The notes below the pieces were generated by a model that saw only the letters and a list, made by a program, of their open reading frames with translations, was not told the DNA's origin and searched no databases. This document shows, piece after piece, positions 61,120 to 64,000 of a stretch of 64,000 nucleotides of DNA (positions are counted from its first letter, which is position 1; each line of letters starts with the position of its first letter). The stretch spans positions 134,726,001 to 134,790,000 of the forward strand of contig OZ024740.1 of assembly GCA_964016885.1 (NCBI GenBank). Reading direction: 5' to 3'. A program made the translations under genes and the position numbers. The DNA is from Eledone cirrhosa (lineage: Eukaryota).

Positions 61120-62812
61120 TAGACTGAGAAGCAAAAGCCAGTCTGCAGGAAGACATAGAAGCTGAAAGAACTCTCAGCAGGCAACAAATTCAGAGAAATC
61201 CTTCTTGACACCTTTGACAGTAAAGAGATGGAGATATATGGCATAGAGAAAAAAATAGGAATTTTTATGAGTCAACCTGCTGAAAGCCACAGACCATGAC
61301 TGATGTTGCACAAAAGTCCCAGCTAGACAGGGAGTGACATAGTAGTGGGCTAATAATGTAGATAGTCATAAAAACCAAAAAACAAGCCTGGAAAAACTGG
61401 AAACAAACCAATACAAAATAGATAGAAAACCAGGTAGGGATATTACTGATGCCCTCTTCTGGTGAGATATCTGCAGAAGTACTTAGCTAATAGTAAGCCA
61501 CTGTACATGGTATTTGTGGATTGCTTGTGAGGACCAAGCAAGCCATGTACAGAGGTGCAACCAGCAAGGTGAAAGTTGACAATGAGTTTAGTGATGAAGT
61601 TGAAGTGCAGGTGGGGGTCCATTAGAGCTCAGTCCTCAGTCAACTTCTGTTTATCATTGGAGAGAAGTTTAAAACTGGCACCCCATGGGAACTCCTGTAT
61701 GCTGATGTTAGACCATATACCTGCATCAGTGGAAGGGTTTGCAGCAAAATTCCAAGCATGGAAGAAAAAGCTAGAGTTGAAAGGCCCAAAAGTAAACTTA
61801 GCAAAAACAAAACTCTTAATAATTAGAAAAGAAGTCAGGAAGTTGATATTGTTAGGAAAGTGAACTTGCTCAATATGACGAAAAGGGGTGGGCAAAAATT
61901 CTATAAAGTGCACACACTGTAACTTATGGGTACAAAAGCGATGTAGTGGGATTACAAGCAAATTAACAGAGATTATAGACTTTGTATGCACCAAATGCAC
62001 AGAAGTTAAGGACTAAGAGCAAACATAAAATAGATTCCCCTAGTAGCAAAGAAGGCTCACTAGAAGTTGTTGACAGCTTGAGTTAATGAGGTGACCTAAT
62101 CAGTAGTGGGAAAGAATGCTCTGAAAATATGTTAGCCAGGGTAAGAACAGGCTTGAAGATGTTTAGGGAGTAGACACCTTTGTTAGACTGTATCATACCT
62201 GTGTGCAAACTGCAATGTTATATAGCAGTGGGACATGGGCCTTAACTACAGAAGACCTGCAAAAGCTTGAAAGAAATGAAGCAAATATGCTCTGATGGAG
62301 ATGTAATATTAGTGTGGATGAACAACATTGAATATGTGAGTTGAGAGAAAAACTCTGCATAAGAGAAATAGGATGTGATGTACAAAAGAGAAGATTGTGT
62401 TGGTATGAACTTGTGATGTGTATGGGAAGATGGCAGCTGTTTAACTTTTTAGCATTTAAACTGGCTGCATCCAGCCAGAACTCTCTCACCTGTTTCTGTT
62501 CAAACTGGCTGTAACTGGCCAATCATACTGATGTTAAGGTATTGTTCTCAAATTAAATAATATCAAAATCTCATAGATTCAATATTATGTGAGATAAAGC
62601 CGTTACCATGAAAATACAATAATAAATATAGAGTAATGTAAATGCTAAAGAGTTAAAGGAGTGCAGAGAAATTCATTGGTTGGAACTCGTGGAAGAGGCA
62701 GACACTGGAAGACATGAAATGAGGGAGTGAAAACCAACCTGAAAAATCTGAACCTTACAATGGAGATGAAGAATGACAAAGAGAACCAACAACATGCTGT
62801 ACTGGAAAAGTC
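61120..62812 (+). mobile_element. Decayed RTE-like non-LTR retrotransposon (ORF2 pseudogene: linker, reverse transcriptase, PHD-like finger, C-terminus)
   Basis: Motifs in order across stops and frameshifts: NKFREILLDTFD, KVPARQGVT**W..KKQAWKNWK, PGRDITDALF, KYLANSKPLYMVFVD, QAMYRGATSKVKV, VGVH*SSVLSQLLFII (GVHQGSVLSP), PWELLYAD (YADD, 61698-61706), KGPKVNLAKTK, LEVVDS, LYHTCVQTAMLYSSGTWAL, LERNEANML*W, RRLCWY, RGRGRHWKT*, HAVLEK. Confidence 0.92.
62445..62652. mobile_element. 208-bp non-autonomous DNA transposon (MITE), piggyBac-like, nested in the LINE
   Basis: TTAA on both sides (62441-62444 and 62653-62656). Terminal inverted repeats CTTTTTAGCATTTA and TAAATGCTAAAGAG match at 13 of 14 positions. 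Removing the element restores the LINE frame D-G-S-C-L-K-E-C-R. Confidence 0.88.
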
Positions 62813-63194
62813 CTACTTACCAGCATATATATGATCTGACTTGTCCATGTGCCCCATTCCCCTAGTCATCACTGTACACCAACCCCATCTATGCTCCCTA
62901 GTAGCTACTTCTCATCATCACTGTACATACCCACCTTATTCATGCTTCATTTCTTAGAAGCTATTCTCTCATCACTACACACACTCCACTAAAATACTGA
63001 CACAGCAGTCATAACACCAGAGTATCTGCTAACATCACAGTACCCCCTACACACACATAGCCAAAGGTTATCCCTCATCCTACTCATCACCCTCTCAAAT
63101 CTCACCATACTCATCATACACCATGACAACATATTATCGTCCCTGCCACTGCCATAGGGTAGAAAGTGCTCTATTTTTGTGACAGAGACCAACT

Positions 63195-63640
63195 TCTCTA
63201 GTCCTGGTGCCACGAAAAATGTACCCTGTCCACTATGTAAGGTGGGTGGTGATAGGAAGGGCATGCTACTGTAAAAACCACACTAAAAGGATCAAGAGGA
63301 CACTTCAGTTGTGTTAATGACATGGCAACCACTCTAGTGTTTGTGTTCTACATGAAAAATGCACTTAGTCCACTCTGCAAAGAGCATCTAGCTGTAAAAA
63401 ACTCCAGGATGACTATTCAGTTGTGTCAAAGACATGACAACCTCTTTCGTGTATCAATAAAATGTACTTGGTAAACTGTGGGAATGTATGTAATTGAGAT
63501 GCGAAGCCCTGGCCCCTCTAAGCACTCTGTACAGTGCAGGAACATACGTAAGCAAGATGCAGGCCCTAGGTCCATATGAGGGATCAGTGATGACATGTTC
63601 AGTGCATGCTAGCAGGGAAAATGGACATTAGATGATGAAG
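63195..63640 (+). mobile_element. RTE-tail/SINE-like repeat copy
   Basis: CTGGTGCCACGAAAAATGTACCCTGTCCACTATGTAAGGTGGGTGGTGATAGGAAGGGCAT...GTAAAAACCA, internal partial repeats, and a 3' end CATGCTAGCAGGGAAAATGGACATTAGATGATGA like that at 60347-60380. The 5' boundary is uncertain. Confidence 0.62.
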
Positions 63641-63642
63641 TG

Positions 63643-63690
63643 TATATATATATATATATATACTTCATATATATATATATATATATATAT
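63643..63690. repeat. Interrupted (TA)n microsatellite
   Basis: Seen directly: (TA)10-CTTC-(AT)12. Confidence 0.97.
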
Positions 63691-63885
63691 TTCATCACTG
63701 TTTAACATCCCTTTTTCTACACCAGCATGAGTTAGATGAGTTGCCCCGTTGTTAGACAAGCCAGACCAGATGACTATGTCTTACTCATACAGAACTAATT
63801 TTTTGGCTTGGTTTCTATGGTTGGATGCCTTCCTAACACCACCCACATTTACAGTGTGTACTGGGTGCTTTTTATAGGGGCATCA
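63691..63885 (-). mobile_element. RTE-tail/SINE-like repeat copy in reverse orientation
   Basis: The reverse complement reads TGATGCCCCTATAAAAAGCACCCAGTACACACTGTAAATGTGGGTGGTGTTAGGAAGGCATCCAACCATAGAAACCAAGCC...CATGCTGGTGTAGAAAAAGGGATGTTAAACAGTGATGA, homologous to 63205-63285 and 63606-63638. Confidence 0.7.
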
Positions 63886-64000
63886 AAATGACCACTTTAC
63901 AGCATGGACTGGGGGAAGGGCATGGAAATTGGAGAGGTAGATCTAGGGTGGGAATTTATCTGGTGAAGGATGGTGTTTTAGGACGTGGGAGATGAAGGTA

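Noticed and set aside
61576-62522. ORFs 61576-61863 (+), 61629-62000 (-) and 62193-62522 (-) as genes
   Set aside because: They are pieces or antisense shadows of the stop- and frameshift-ridden LINE ORF2.

Overview
Eukaryotic, gene-free window. Positions 1 to about 59285 are one uninterrupted, head-to-tail satellite array that continues past the left edge. Its 45-bp core is TGTCTGTTACATGTCTACCTACCATTGACACTATATACACTACAC, with frequent 47- and 49-bp and shorter (25/40/41-bp) variants. The array has nested higher-order structure: a recurrent block of about 2.5-2.9 kb of ordered variant monomers, plus near-identical duplications at offsets of 9683, 4481, 1333, 2511, 820, 1022, 2573, about 5353 and 1538 bp. 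Diagnostic variants change at about 39-44 kb and monomers become more divergent toward the right edge. All ORFs in the array are artefacts of a 45-bp unit that lacks stops in some frames. The last 4.7 kb is transposon debris: a degenerate tRNA-type SINE, two fragments of an RTE-like LINE (one with a decayed reverse transcriptase and an in-frame PHD-like zinc finger), a TTAA-flanked piggyBac-type MITE nested in that LINE, three RTE-tail/SINE-like copies and (TA)n microsatellites. From memory these repeats resemble octopus/cephalopod families; this is unverified. I found no support for a new protein-coding system. The most interesting signals are the satellite architecture, its dyad symmetry and a possible origin from a retroposon-internal repeat.
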